A stretch of 64,000 nucleotides of DNA from a virus (taxonomy: Duplodnaviria > Caudoviricetes): positions 1 to 64,000 of IMG/VR virus record IMGVR_UViG_3300033074_000216. One strand, given 5' to 3'. The translations under genes were made by a program, and so were the position numbers. The number at the start of each line of letters is the position of its first letter. Position 1 is the stretch's first letter. The notes under the pieces are model-generated. The model ran no database searches, had not been told where the DNA came from, and was given only the letters and a program-made list of their open reading frames with translations. Below, piece by piece: positions 20,498-29,378 of the stretch.

Positions 20498-22390
20498 ATG
20501 ACAATTACAAAAGACAATATAAGAGATTTTGCTATCCAAAGAGTAGAATCTAAAACTATTAGAGAACAAGCAATTCTAGCTCTTCAAAAATTAGGAGAGA
20601 AAACAATCGCTATTAGAGATACAGCATTCATGAATGAAGCCTGTAAAGATTCTTACTTTATTTATCACAGTGGAGATAGATATTGGTCTTCATATAGTGT
20701 AATTGGGAAAAGAACAGAAATAACTCCATCAGAGTTCTTAAAAGCTATAGCTCATCTATTACTATCAACTAATCCTAGAGATTACGCAATCGAAACTATT
20801 GGTGATGCTCTAATTAGACAACAAGTTATTGAGGCTCTTAATGCAGCTAATGAACCTATGCATAGCTCAGCTACAAAACACTTTATTAATAACTCATTAA
20901 ATACTGGTTCAGGTTTGTTTTTTTACAATGGTAATTGGAGCTATGCTTCAACAATTCCCACTAGAACAATAGTTACTCCTGAAAGTTTCTTAAAAATGCA
21001 CAATGCAGGTAAATTCGTTTACGAAGCTAGACCTAAGTCACTTACAGTATTAGATCAATTCTTAGCTGGACCAATTCCAACTGATAATAGATTTATCAAG
21101 TATGTTCATCAAAACAAACTTGGTGAAGAACTACTAAAAGTTATTGAAGACGGTAAAGGAGTAAACAGACATTACCCTTACGCTTCCGGAAAAAATATAG
21201 ACTTTAATATTATGTTCTGTTGGGATAGAACACCTCAAGGACCTACATTCTGGAGTAGACATCATAGCAAATCTGGATGTTCAGTTGATGGTGGATTATT
21301 AACGAAATATTTAGAAGCTTACAAAGAAGCTAGATCTGGAGTTATGCCAAAAGCAGTAGAAAATATGACTAATCCAATAAAAAAACTTCCATCAGTAGTA
21401 GCTGGTCAAATCTATACATATAACAAAACAAAAACTAAATACAGAGTTAGAGTAGCTTCAGTTAGTTCAAACTCATATACATTAGAAACTTTAACAACTA
21501 ATCGTACAGCTGATTGGTGTAAAAATATCTCTTTAGATAGAGTTCATGAAATCTTTACATTACATACAGATATCCCTTCAGCTCCATCTCCAAGCTGTCC
21601 TGAAGCTACTACTCCATTCAAAGTAGGGGATATGGTTAGAATAAGACATGACGCAAAAATAGACGAAGTATATGGAAGTAAAATACCTATAACTTTATTA
21701 CGTGCTATGTATTTCTCAGGAACTAAAAAAATAGATAAAATCCACAAAGATTATTGTAGAATAAGTGGATTTGGATATGCATACGAAATGATAGAACCAG
21801 CAGTTGAAGAAGATTTACCACTACAAATAATGAGAGATGCAATAACTAGTATAAAAACATCTACAGCACCAGTTATAGGTCCAAAACTAGATCAAGTAGT
21901 AGATGGGACAATAAGTATGTGTACACTATCTAAAATAGGTACTCCAATTTATTTCGATTCAACAGCAGCAATAAGTGTAGGAGCATTAGCTTCTAGAACA
22001 GAATTAACCCCAACAAAAGGAAAACCAATGCCAAAAACATTAAAAGATAACGCAGTAGAATTAGTACAAGAAAACAAAGCAGCAGCATTTACAGCAGCTG
22101 AAATCAAAGCAGGTCAAATCATTAACAAACAAGCTATCAGCTTAATCAAACCAAAATTACCAATGATGGTTAGAGGTTATGCAGATTCTCCAGTAGCATC
22201 AGTTGTATTAGCTAACGTAGTTGCTTTAGGTTTAAAACACTACGCAGCAGGAAACAAAAAATTAGAGAAAATCTCTGAGTTAATGATTGCAGGTGCAGCA
22301 TTCGATTCAATCGACGCTTTAAACATTGATGGAATCGTTAATGATTTCATTGCTGGATTAAAATTACCAGCTGGTGTAGAAATCGAATAA
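20498..22390 (+). CDS. mosaic 630-aa protein with an N-terminal domain duplication and internal start at 22028
   Basis: repeat RDFAI...ITPSEFLK / RDYAI...VTPESFLK; AAAGGAAAACCA-ATG at 22028. Confidence 0.6.
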   Translation: MTITKDNIRDFAIQRVESKTIREQAILALQKLGEKTIAIRDTAFMNEACKDSYFIYHSGDRYWSSYSVIGKRTEITPSEFLKAIAHLLLSTNPRDYAIETIGDALIRQQVIEALNAANEPMHSSATKHFINNSLNTGSGLFFYNGNWSYASTIPTRTIVTPESFLKMHNAGKFVYEARPKSLTVLDQFLAGPIPTDNRFIKYVHQNKLGEELLKVIEDGKGVNRHYPYASGKNIDFNIMFCWDRTPQGPTFWSRHHSKSGCSVDGGLLTKYLEAYKEARSGVMPKAVENMTNPIKKLPSVVAGQIYTYNKTKTKYRVRVASVSSNSYTLETLTTNRTADWCKNISLDRVHEIFTLHTDIPSAPSPSCPEATTPFKVGDMVRIRHDAKIDEVYGSKIPITLLRAMYFSGTKKIDKIHKDYCRISGFGYAYEMIEPAVEEDLPLQIMRDAITSIKTSTAPVIGPKLDQVVDGTISMCTLSKIGTPIYFDSTAAISVGALASRTELTPTKGKPMPKTLKDNAVELVQENKAAAFTAAEIKAGQIINKQAISLIKPKLPMMVRGYADSPVASVVLANVVALGLKHYAAGNKKLEKISELMIAGAAFDSIDALNIDGIVNDFIAGLKLPAGVEIE

Positions 22391-22399
22391 GGATTTCCT

Positions 22400-22834
22400 A
22401 TGCCAACAGTAACTCCAGTAGTTAGACCTAGAGGTAGACCAAGAAAGTCTGCAGTAACTCTAGGAGCAAAAACTACAGTTAGAACAACAGCTAAAAGAGC
22501 TATCAAAGATTCAGTACACTCAGCAATCCCTAATAAACTTCTAGCAGGAGTTATAATAGCAGGATTAGGAGCTATTGTCTCTTTTTATTTAAACAAAAAG
22601 TAGTAACAAATGATTATATCATCAATTCAAGCAACATTATTCACAATCCTATTCATTAGTTGGTTTAAACCATCATTAAGAAAATGGGAACCATACTTAT
22701 TAATTACAATCATTGTAGTTAATACAATTTCAGTTATCGTTTCAACAAACCTGATCGTATCATTAGTTGATGGGTTCGGTGCATGTGTAATTGGGTATAT
22801 TCTTTATAAAGATTACATTAGAAACTTAAAGTAA
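22400..22834 (+). CDS. two small membrane proteins (22400-22603, 22610-22834)
   Basis: hydrophobic segments; SDs. Confidence 0.55.
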
Positions 22835-22840
22835 ACAAAT

Positions 22841-22926
22841 CCTTAGTGGCGGAAGATAGACGCATAAGATTATACGTTAATCAGATAACGTATGTACATA
22901 GGTGAAAGTCCTATGTCTAAGGTTCA
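22841..22926 (+). ncRNA. tRNA-like RNA with a Leu/Ser-type D arm and non-standard middle
   Basis: CCTTAG/CTAAGG acceptor, TGGCGGAA..TAGACGC D arm, ATAGG-TGAAAGT-CCTAT T arm, 8-bp hairpin in place of an anticodon arm. Confidence 0.45.
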
Positions 22927-22986
22927 AGCATATTTATACCTCCTTTCAAGAAATCTGTGAGAGGTAGTCTAGGCAACTACCTCGTA

Positions 22987-23063
22987 TGCACACTTCGTCT
23001 AAGGGTAGGACACCACGGTCGCTCCGTAGGAAATGCAGGGTTCGACTCCCTCATTGTGCACAC
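22987..23063 (+). tRNA. degenerate tRNA (CGC loop), no CCA
   Basis: TGCACA/TGTGCA acceptor, CGTC/GGAC D stem, GGG-TTCGACT-CCC T arm; several mismatches. Confidence 0.5.
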
Positions 23064-23214
23064 TTTAGGAACTACAACAATCAAACAAGTTTTTTCATTC
23101 GGCTGAGTCTCCGTTATGACTCACCCTTATATATTCAGTCCAGCTCTCATCTTCGACACCGGTTATTGAGAGTTGTGCTGAGTATACAAGAATAATTTTA
23201 ATACACACTATGTT

Positions 23215-23286
23215 AGCAATATCATCTAACTGGTTAGGATTCCGGCAACTGAGCTGGCCATGTAGGATCGTACCCTACTATTGACT
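23215..23286 (+). pseudogene. pseudo-tRNA
   Basis: CAATA/TATTG acceptor, CCGGC/GCTGG stem with 6-nt loop, GTAGG-ATCGTAC-CCTAC T arm. Confidence 0.45.
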
Positions 23287-23364
23287 TTCATAGGCAGTAT
23301 TAACATTATAGGAAATATACACACATATTTAAAACTAAAACCGAGTAACACGGTTAACAAACAA

Positions 23365-23483
23365 GCATATAATGGAAGTTAGGATAGACGACGTGAAGTC
23401 CGTATATACTACCGATCTTAGGCATTGCGCCGTACAGATTGTAGTCGTAGAATTATATCGACGCACTAATGGAAATTATATGC
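23365..23483 (+). ncRNA. candidate structured ncRNA
   Basis: GCATATAAT/ATTATATGC closing stem, symmetric GGAAG/TGGAA loop, inner ACTAC..AGAT/..GTAGT stem. Confidence 0.4.
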
Positions 23484-23513
23484 ATTGTACTCAAATTTAA
23501 TTAAGGAATTATC

Positions 23514-23915
23514 ATGGAACTTATTTGCACACTTATTACAACAATACTATTAGTAGGTGTTATAATCATTTTTAGTCTACTTGTAGACAACAAATCAACT
23601 CCAATCGAAGAACCTAAACCCTTCGAACCTAAGCCAGCAGAACCAAAACCTATGCGAACAACAGCTAAGTCTTTATACGCAAACCCACCAGTTTACAGTT
23701 ATGCTACTTCAGACTTAGTATCTCCAGCTCTTACAGCTGCTGTACTAGCAACAGAACTAACTGAATCTAAACCCTACATTCGAGAATCTCAGTATGAATC
23801 AATAACTGATGATTCAGAGACTTACAGAACAACTTTCTGTGATTCATCATCAAGCTACTCTAGTAGTTCTTGTTCAGATTCAAGTTCAAGCTCATCATCA
23901 GGAGGATGTGACTAA
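23514..23915 (+). CDS. membrane-anchored protein with Ser-rich tail
   Basis: N-terminal TM; ends SSSSSSSGGCD. Confidence 0.65.
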   Translation: MELICTLITTILLVGVIIIFSLLVDNKSTPIEEPKPFEPKPAEPKPMRTTAKSLYANPPVYSYATSDLVSPALTAAVLATELTESKPYIRESQYESITDDSETYRTTFCDSSSSYSSSSCSDSSSSSSSGGCD

Positions 23916-23972
23916 TATTTAATATTAATACAAATAAAACTTGGCAAGAATGTCAAATAAAGGAAGAATAAA

Positions 23973-24623
23973 ATGAAAGTAACATTAAATTCATATACAC
24001 CATTAGTTGTATGTTCGAATGCAATTAGAGAATGCTGGCAATCTCAAGATAAGTCAGATAATGGTGGAGAAAAGGACTTAGCTCTAATCGATAGAGTAGG
24101 TAATCAATTTAAACACTCTTCAACATTAGAACATTTAACATATTCGTTCACAATTGAAGGGATCTCAAGAGCTTGTTTACAAGAATTAGCAAGACATAGA
24201 ATGACTTCATTATCAGTTAAATCAACACGATATACACTAAAAGAATTAAAATCTGAAGAACCATTCGCATTGAATGATTTCAAACGAGCAGAACAATATA
24301 TAGTTTTAACAAACAATACTAATGTTGATAATGCTTCAATATCTGCTTTAAATAACCTACGAAATGTATTAGTTGAAGGTACTTCTAATGATATCGCTAA
24401 GTATTGTTTACCAGAAGCTTATAAAACATCTCTTGCTTGGACTCTAAATGCTAGGAGTTTACAAAACTTTTTAACATTAAGATCATCTAAAGCTGCACTA
24501 TGGGAAATAAGAAACTTAGCTTCAGCTATCTATTTATCATTACCAGAAGATCATAAATTTTTATTTATTAATTCTGGTGAAATCAGAGAAGTAGCAACAG
24601 CTATGCAATCTCTAATACAATAA
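23973..24623 (+). CDS. thyX: FAD-dependent thymidylate synthase
   Basis: RHRMTSLSVKSTRY ThyX motif; HSSTLEH; overall pattern like Campylobacterota ThyX. Confidence 0.95.
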   Translation: MKVTLNSYTPLVVCSNAIRECWQSQDKSDNGGEKDLALIDRVGNQFKHSSTLEHLTYSFTIEGISRACLQELARHRMTSLSVKSTRYTLKELKSEEPFALNDFKRAEQYIVLTNNTNVDNASISALNNLRNVLVEGTSNDIAKYCLPEAYKTSLAWTLNARSLQNFLTLRSSKAALWEIRNLASAIYLSLPEDHKFLFINSGEIREVATAMQSLIQ

Positions 24624-24633
24624 GGAAAACACA

Positions 24634-25476
24634 ATGAAAAAATCATTATTAGCGGCTGCAATCGCAGCAGCATTATCCCTACAAGCATTCGCTGCAGATA
24701 CTCCTATGATTATCTCAACAGGAGCTAAAGACAAATCATACTATCCAATGGGTATGAACATCAAACAACTTATGCCTTCAAGAGACAAAGTTGAAGTTAT
24801 CCCTTCAAAAGGATCATTAGAAAACATCGAAAACGTATTATCTGGTAAAGCTAACGTAGCTTTAACATTCGCTGATGCTTATGCTTATAGTATGAAGAAA
24901 AACCCAGACGTTAAGAAACTTGAGATCATCGGTTCTCTTGGTAAGGGATGTCTATACGCTACAGTATCTAAGACTGGTAAAATCAAATCTGACCAAGACT
25001 TACAAAAAGAGTCAGTTAGAGTTGCAATCGGAAAAGAAGGAGCAGGATCAAACGCTACATGGAAATACATGAGCATCTTAGAACCTGGATTCGCTAAAGC
25101 TGCAACTTTTGAGAAAGGTGATGCATTAGCTATGAGTAAATTATTATCAAACTCTGATGACAAGTACGACGCAGTTTTACAAATGCAAGCTCCAAGTACT
25201 GACAATTCATTAGTTTTAGATGTATTAGCAGCTAACAGTCAATTAACATTCCTACCTATTAAAGACTGGGATCTAAACAACAAACTTCCTAACGGAAAAG
25301 CAGTATACACATTCGAAAATATCGAATTAACTAAAGGGATGTTCAATCAAACTTTAGACACAATCTGTACTGATACATTAGTTATTGCAGATCCAAATGC
25401 CTTATCTGAAGATCAGATGGAAGACTTAGCTAACATCCTTATGAAACAAGCTAACGCTATTCTTAAAACTAAGTAG
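24634..25476 (+). CDS. TAXI-family TRAP solute-binding protein
   Basis: signal peptide; ISTG...SYYPMG, SKGSLENIE, GKEGAGS motifs. Confidence 0.8.
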   Translation: MKKSLLAAAIAAALSLQAFAADTPMIISTGAKDKSYYPMGMNIKQLMPSRDKVEVIPSKGSLENIENVLSGKANVALTFADAYAYSMKKNPDVKKLEIIGSLGKGCLYATVSKTGKIKSDQDLQKESVRVAIGKEGAGSNATWKYMSILEPGFAKAATFEKGDALAMSKLLSNSDDKYDAVLQMQAPSTDNSLVLDVLAANSQLTFLPIKDWDLNNKLPNGKAVYTFENIELTKGMFNQTLDTICTDTLVIADPNALSEDQMEDLANILMKQANAILKTK

Positions 25477-25481
25477 TTACT

Positions 25482-25939
25482 ATGAAGAAAATAATTCTAT
25501 TACTAATCTCATTAGTTATCATAGCAAACGCAGGTTGGGTTACTTCAATCCAATCTTTCACTGACCCTAAAGTTGAAACTCAAAAGAGACAACTAGACAC
25601 TTATGGTCAAAATCCTCGTGCATACGTATTCACAGTTGAAGCAAAAGACGGAGCTAAAACTCCTATGCAATGTGTAATCGTGTATACTGAGCAAGACTTA
25701 GGAGAAAAAGGTCCTAAATCTACAGCTCCAGTTATGCAATGTATCAAGTTGGAGAAATAATGTCTAAAATCATGCATTTTAGAATAGCTAAAGAAGATAT
25801 AGCTGAAAAACTACCTAAAGAACTAAGAGAAACATTCAACACTCGTGTTCAATATACTCTTAATATCTTAGGACAAGAGACAATGTCAATCGAAGGATTA
25901 GCTATCATAGCTGCTGACGTTGTCTCTAACGTTAAGTAG
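25482..25939 (+). CDS. secreted small protein (25482-25760) and a hypothetical (about 25760-25939)
   Basis: signal peptide with a Cys pair; coupled ORF. Confidence 0.5.
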
Positions 25940-26107
25940 TTCTAGACGTCAGCCAGTTCGTGACTGGCCTACTTAACAAGGGATATCTGAAAACTAGCTC
26001 ACCCTTCAAAGAGAGTAGACATAGAACTCTATGTCAACATTTTGTTTTTTTCATATGTGTTTTTTCCGGTAGTGCAGGTGTTATCCTTTCTTATCTGCAC
26101 TACTAAT

Positions 26108-26194
26108 GCCTAAGTGTTGGAACTGGTATACATCTCGGTCTTAGAAACCGAGGCCCTTACGGGATTGTGAGTTCGAATCTCACCTTAGGCACCA
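26108..26194 (+). tRNA. tRNA-Leu(TAG)
   Basis: full cloverleaf, long variable arm, loop CTTAGAA, CCA end. Confidence 0.95.
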
Positions 26195-26201
26195 TTTATA
26201 T

Positions 26202-26278
26202 TGCGGGATGTAGCAGTCCGGTAGCTTGCGAGGCTCATAACCTCGATGTCGTTGGTTCAAATCCAACTCCCGCAACCA
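26202..26278 (+). tRNA. tRNA-Met(CAT), initiator-like scaffold
   Basis: cloverleaf, loop CTCATAA, CCA; T1-A72 paired. Confidence 0.92.
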
Positions 26279-26284
26279 TTATAC

Positions 26285-26432
26285 CTTCCAGTAGTCTGAG
26301 AGGCAAGGCTTACTAGTTACCCAGTCAATAGCATTTATGATTCAATGTGCTAAACACCTAGTTTAGAGATAGTAGGTTTGAATCCTTCAGAGTAAGCACT
26401 AGTAGTAACAGGTTCAAATCCTGTCTGGAAGT
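26285..26432 (+). ncRNA. tRNA-like RNA with about 80-nt insertion at the anticodon loop
   Basis: CTTCCAG/CTGGAAG acceptor, D stem, TACTAGT/ACTAGTA stem, ACAGG-TTCAAAT-CCTGT T arm. Confidence 0.55.
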
Positions 26433-26482
26433 ATCGACTATAGTCAAAGGTCTTGTGGAAACCTAACTAATTCCACACTTAT

Positions 26483-26609
26483 GCCCCCATTAGCTCAGCG
26501 GTAGAGCACGTAGCAAACAACTGAATTCAGCTGAATTCATACAGCATACACTTTATAGCATATCCTTATAAGATCGTGGTCATCGGTTCGAATCCGATAT
26601 GGGGGCCCA
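26483..26609 (+). ncRNA. tRNA(TAT) interrupted by a 51-nt insertion in the anticodon stem
   Basis: removing 26511-26561 restores CGATC-CTTATAA-GATCG; perfect D and T arms; CCA. Confidence 0.65.
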
Positions 26610-26618
26610 TTCTCAAAC

Positions 26619-26746
26619 GTCAAGAGCTGAATATGGTAATAGCGGATACAGCAGGATCTAGTATGGTTTTAGATACAGACAGCAATTCATTCTAAACTTT
26701 TTATTGCGAACAAAACGAAGAGAGTTCGAATCTCTCCCTTGACACC
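26619..26746 (+). ncRNA. tRNA-like RNA (TGC loop) with ACAGCA(A)-containing insertion
   Basis: GTCAAG/CTTGAC acceptor, GAGAG-TTCGAAT-CTCTC T arm, ACAGCA at 26648 and ACAGCAA at 26679. Confidence 0.5.
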
Positions 26747-26950
26747 GGGCCTAACCAGCCCACCTTAATTTTCAACTCAATACTCTTTCAGTATTGACTT
26801 GAGATTTAATCACCCTCAGGCTCTACAGCCAAACAGTAGGTAATTTTATCCGTTTCTACTCTTAAATAAACGGTTTATGTTTAAAGAAATTCATATGGAA
26901 TTTCTTAGTCGTAGAAGTTGATTACTTCTACGCAGCTACCTTAATCTCTT

Positions 26951-27018
26951 CAGAGTACATACAGCAAATCATAAACGCAAAAATAATCGGTATTTTACAA
27001 GCAAACACATGTACTCTG
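26951..27018 (+). ncRNA. stand-alone ACAGCAA stem element
   Basis: CAGAGTACAT/ATGTACTCTG 10-bp closing stem, ACAGCAA, inner AAAAT/ATTTT stem-loop. Confidence 0.55.
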
Positions 27019-27215
27019 CAGAGCTTAAGCTCTACGGATTTAATCCAAAGGTCTGATGTAAACCTCATCCGTAAATTACATTGACATTTTCATTTTTTCT
27101 CCTTTCAAGGATTACACCCATCGGTAGGATGGTGGGTGTTTTCTAATTCTTTAATGAATACCCTATATTTTATTTGAGAGTTAGATACTCAATTTTACAC
27201 CATCAAGGACAAACA

Positions 27216-27614
27216 ATGGTAAGAACAAACAAAACTACAGTAGCTGGAATCATTTTAACTAATGCTCAGTTATTCACACACGGTACAACATTCTCTGCAG
27301 ACGTATTAGACACAATGTTCGGAATTCAATTACCAACAGTACCAGCTAATGATCCATTAGTATCACACTTCTTAATCAACAGAAGAAATCTTCAAAGATT
27401 AACAGCGTATACTAAGCTTAACAAACAATTAGCTGAGAGAGGATTATCAATCACTCAATCAACAACTAATTATGTTACTTCTTATAGTATCAGAACAGTT
27501 CCAGAATTACCAAAAGCTGTAGTTTACTACAGAAGAAAAGGTAAGAGAGCTTTAAAAAGATCAAGAATCTTAGGTCAAGCTTACAATCAATTAGCAATCC
27601 CAGGTATCGAGTAA
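27216..27614 (+). CDS. basic hypothetical protein
   Basis: SD-preceded ATG at 27216 inside the 27174 ORF. Confidence 0.6.
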   Translation: MVRTNKTTVAGIILTNAQLFTHGTTFSADVLDTMFGIQLPTVPANDPLVSHFLINRRNLQRLTAYTKLNKQLAERGLSITQSTTNYVTSYSIRTVPELPKAVVYYRRKGKRALKRSRILGQAYNQLAIPGIE

Positions 27615-27716
27615 TCGATGCTTGGTACATTAAGTAGGATTGCCACAGGCGTAGCTAATATAGCTTCAACCACTATTAACAATACATTAATAAACATAGA
27701 AAACAGGATAAACACA

Positions 27717-28322
27717 ATGTCAATTCAAGACACATCAAACACAGTAGTATTAACTAAAGGTGTTAACATTTCATTAGAAAAAGCAATCTCAGAAGGATTA
27801 ACTGACGCAGCAGTTGGATTAGCTTGGGACGAAATCGTTGGAGCATCAGACTTCGATGCAGACTCATTAGCAGTTATGTTAGACGCAGACGGTAAACTAG
27901 TTGCAGATGGAACAGTATACTACGGTTTAGCATCATCAGGTGGAGCACCATTCAAATCTAAAGATGGTTCAATCTCTCATTCAGGTGATAACTTAACTGG
28001 TAAAGGTTCAGGAGATGACGAAACATTAACTGTATCATTAAACTCAGTTCCAGCTAACGTAGCTAAAATCAACATCATCATCAACATTCATGCAGCAAAA
28101 GAAAGAGGACAAAACTTCGGTCAAGTTCCATCATGCAAAGCTAGAATGTATAACAAAAATACTGGTGAAGTATTAGGTAAGTACGACTTAGTTGAAGACT
28201 TCTCAGCAGCAACAGCAGTTGAAGTATGTCAATTCTACAGATACGAAGGTACTTGGAAGTTCAAAGCGTTAGGTAATGCTTTAACAGGTAACTTACAAGA
28301 AATCGTTGCTAAATACAAATAA
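27717..28322 (+). CDS. terD: TerD-family protein
   Basis: VGLAWD..DFDADS, HSGDNLTGKGSGDDE, ENFGQV-like, GTWKFKALG; SD-preceded ATG at 27717. Confidence 0.9.
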   Translation: MSIQDTSNTVVLTKGVNISLEKAISEGLTDAAVGLAWDEIVGASDFDADSLAVMLDADGKLVADGTVYYGLASSGGAPFKSKDGSISHSGDNLTGKGSGDDETLTVSLNSVPANVAKINIIINIHAAKERGQNFGQVPSCKARMYNKNTGEVLGKYDLVEDFSAATAVEVCQFYRYEGTWKFKALGNALTGNLQEIVAKYK

Positions 28323-29290
28323 TGAGACATTATCTTTTAGCTAACATCTTATTAGCGGTTGCAGTTGCATGGTCATTCCTATACGGAGGCTATGCAGCTC
28401 TATTAACGGTTTTAATGCTATGTGCATTAGAAGTATCAGTATCATTCGACAATGCAGTCGTAAACGCTAAGGTCTTAGGAACTATGGAAACTAAGTGGAG
28501 ACAAAGATTCATAACTTTTGGTATCCCCGTAGCCGTATTTGGTATGAGATTACTCTTCCCAATCCTAATCGTATCTTTAGCTGCTGGTATCTCGATGTAT
28601 GACGCAGGTAACATGGCTTTAACAAACCCTCAAGCCTACCACCACGCTCTAGAAGCGAATGAACACACAATCTTTGCATTTGGTGGATCATTCTTACTAA
28701 TGGTATTCTTATCTTTCATCTTCGATGCTGAGAAAGAAACTCATTGGATTAAGCCAATCGAATCTAACAAACTAACTTTAGCTTTATGTCAGGTTCCATC
28801 TATTAGCTTAATCTTAGCTTCAATCGCTGGACTTTACTTAGTTCATTTAACTAACTCAGCTACAATAGCTATCGCATACTTTTCAGGGATCATCCTATTT
28901 GCTGCTCTTAACAGCCTAGACGATGTATTCTCATCTGATGGAGTTAAATCTGGACTTATTGGATTCCTTTACTTAGAAATCCTTGACGCTTCATTCTCTT
29001 TCGATGGAGTAATCGGAGCATTCGCATTATCTTCAGACATATTCATCATCATGGTTGGATTAGGTGTTGGAGCTATGTACGTAAGATCTATCACTATTCA
29101 TTTAGTTGAAGCTGGTACCCTAACTGAGTTCAAATACTTAGAACACGGAGCACACTATGCTATCGGAGCATTAGCTTTCATCATGTTCATGAAGATGTTT
29201 ACAGAAGTAAACGAACTAATCGTAGGTGGATTAGGTGTAGCATTCATTGTTATTGCTCTAATCACATCTAAACTTTCAGAGCAGGATTAA
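28322..29290 (+). CDS. TerC-like DUF475 membrane protein
   Basis: EVSVSFDNAVVNA, DASFSFDGVIGAF, LEHGAHYAI. Confidence 0.85.
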   Translation: MRHYLLANILLAVAVAWSFLYGGYAALLTVLMLCALEVSVSFDNAVVNAKVLGTMETKWRQRFITFGIPVAVFGMRLLFPILIVSLAAGISMYDAGNMALTNPQAYHHALEANEHTIFAFGGSFLLMVFLSFIFDAEKETHWIKPIESNKLTLALCQVPSISLILASIAGLYLVHLTNSATIAIAYFSGIILFAALNSLDDVFSSDGVKSGLIGFLYLEILDASFSFDGVIGAFALSSDIFIIMVGLGVGAMYVRSITIHLVEAGTLTEFKYLEHGAHYAIGALAFIMFMKMFTEVNELIVGGLGVAFIVIALITSKLSEQD

Positions 29291-29378
29291 TCCCTGCTCA
29301 TCTTAATTAAGGAGTCACTATGGACATCGAAACACTTTTAATTATCATATTATTTATTATGATATTTGCTAATTCCTA

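Noticed and set aside
22986-23195. 69-aa ORF
   Set aside because: Overlaps a tRNA-like gene and hairpins, has no SD, and has atypical composition
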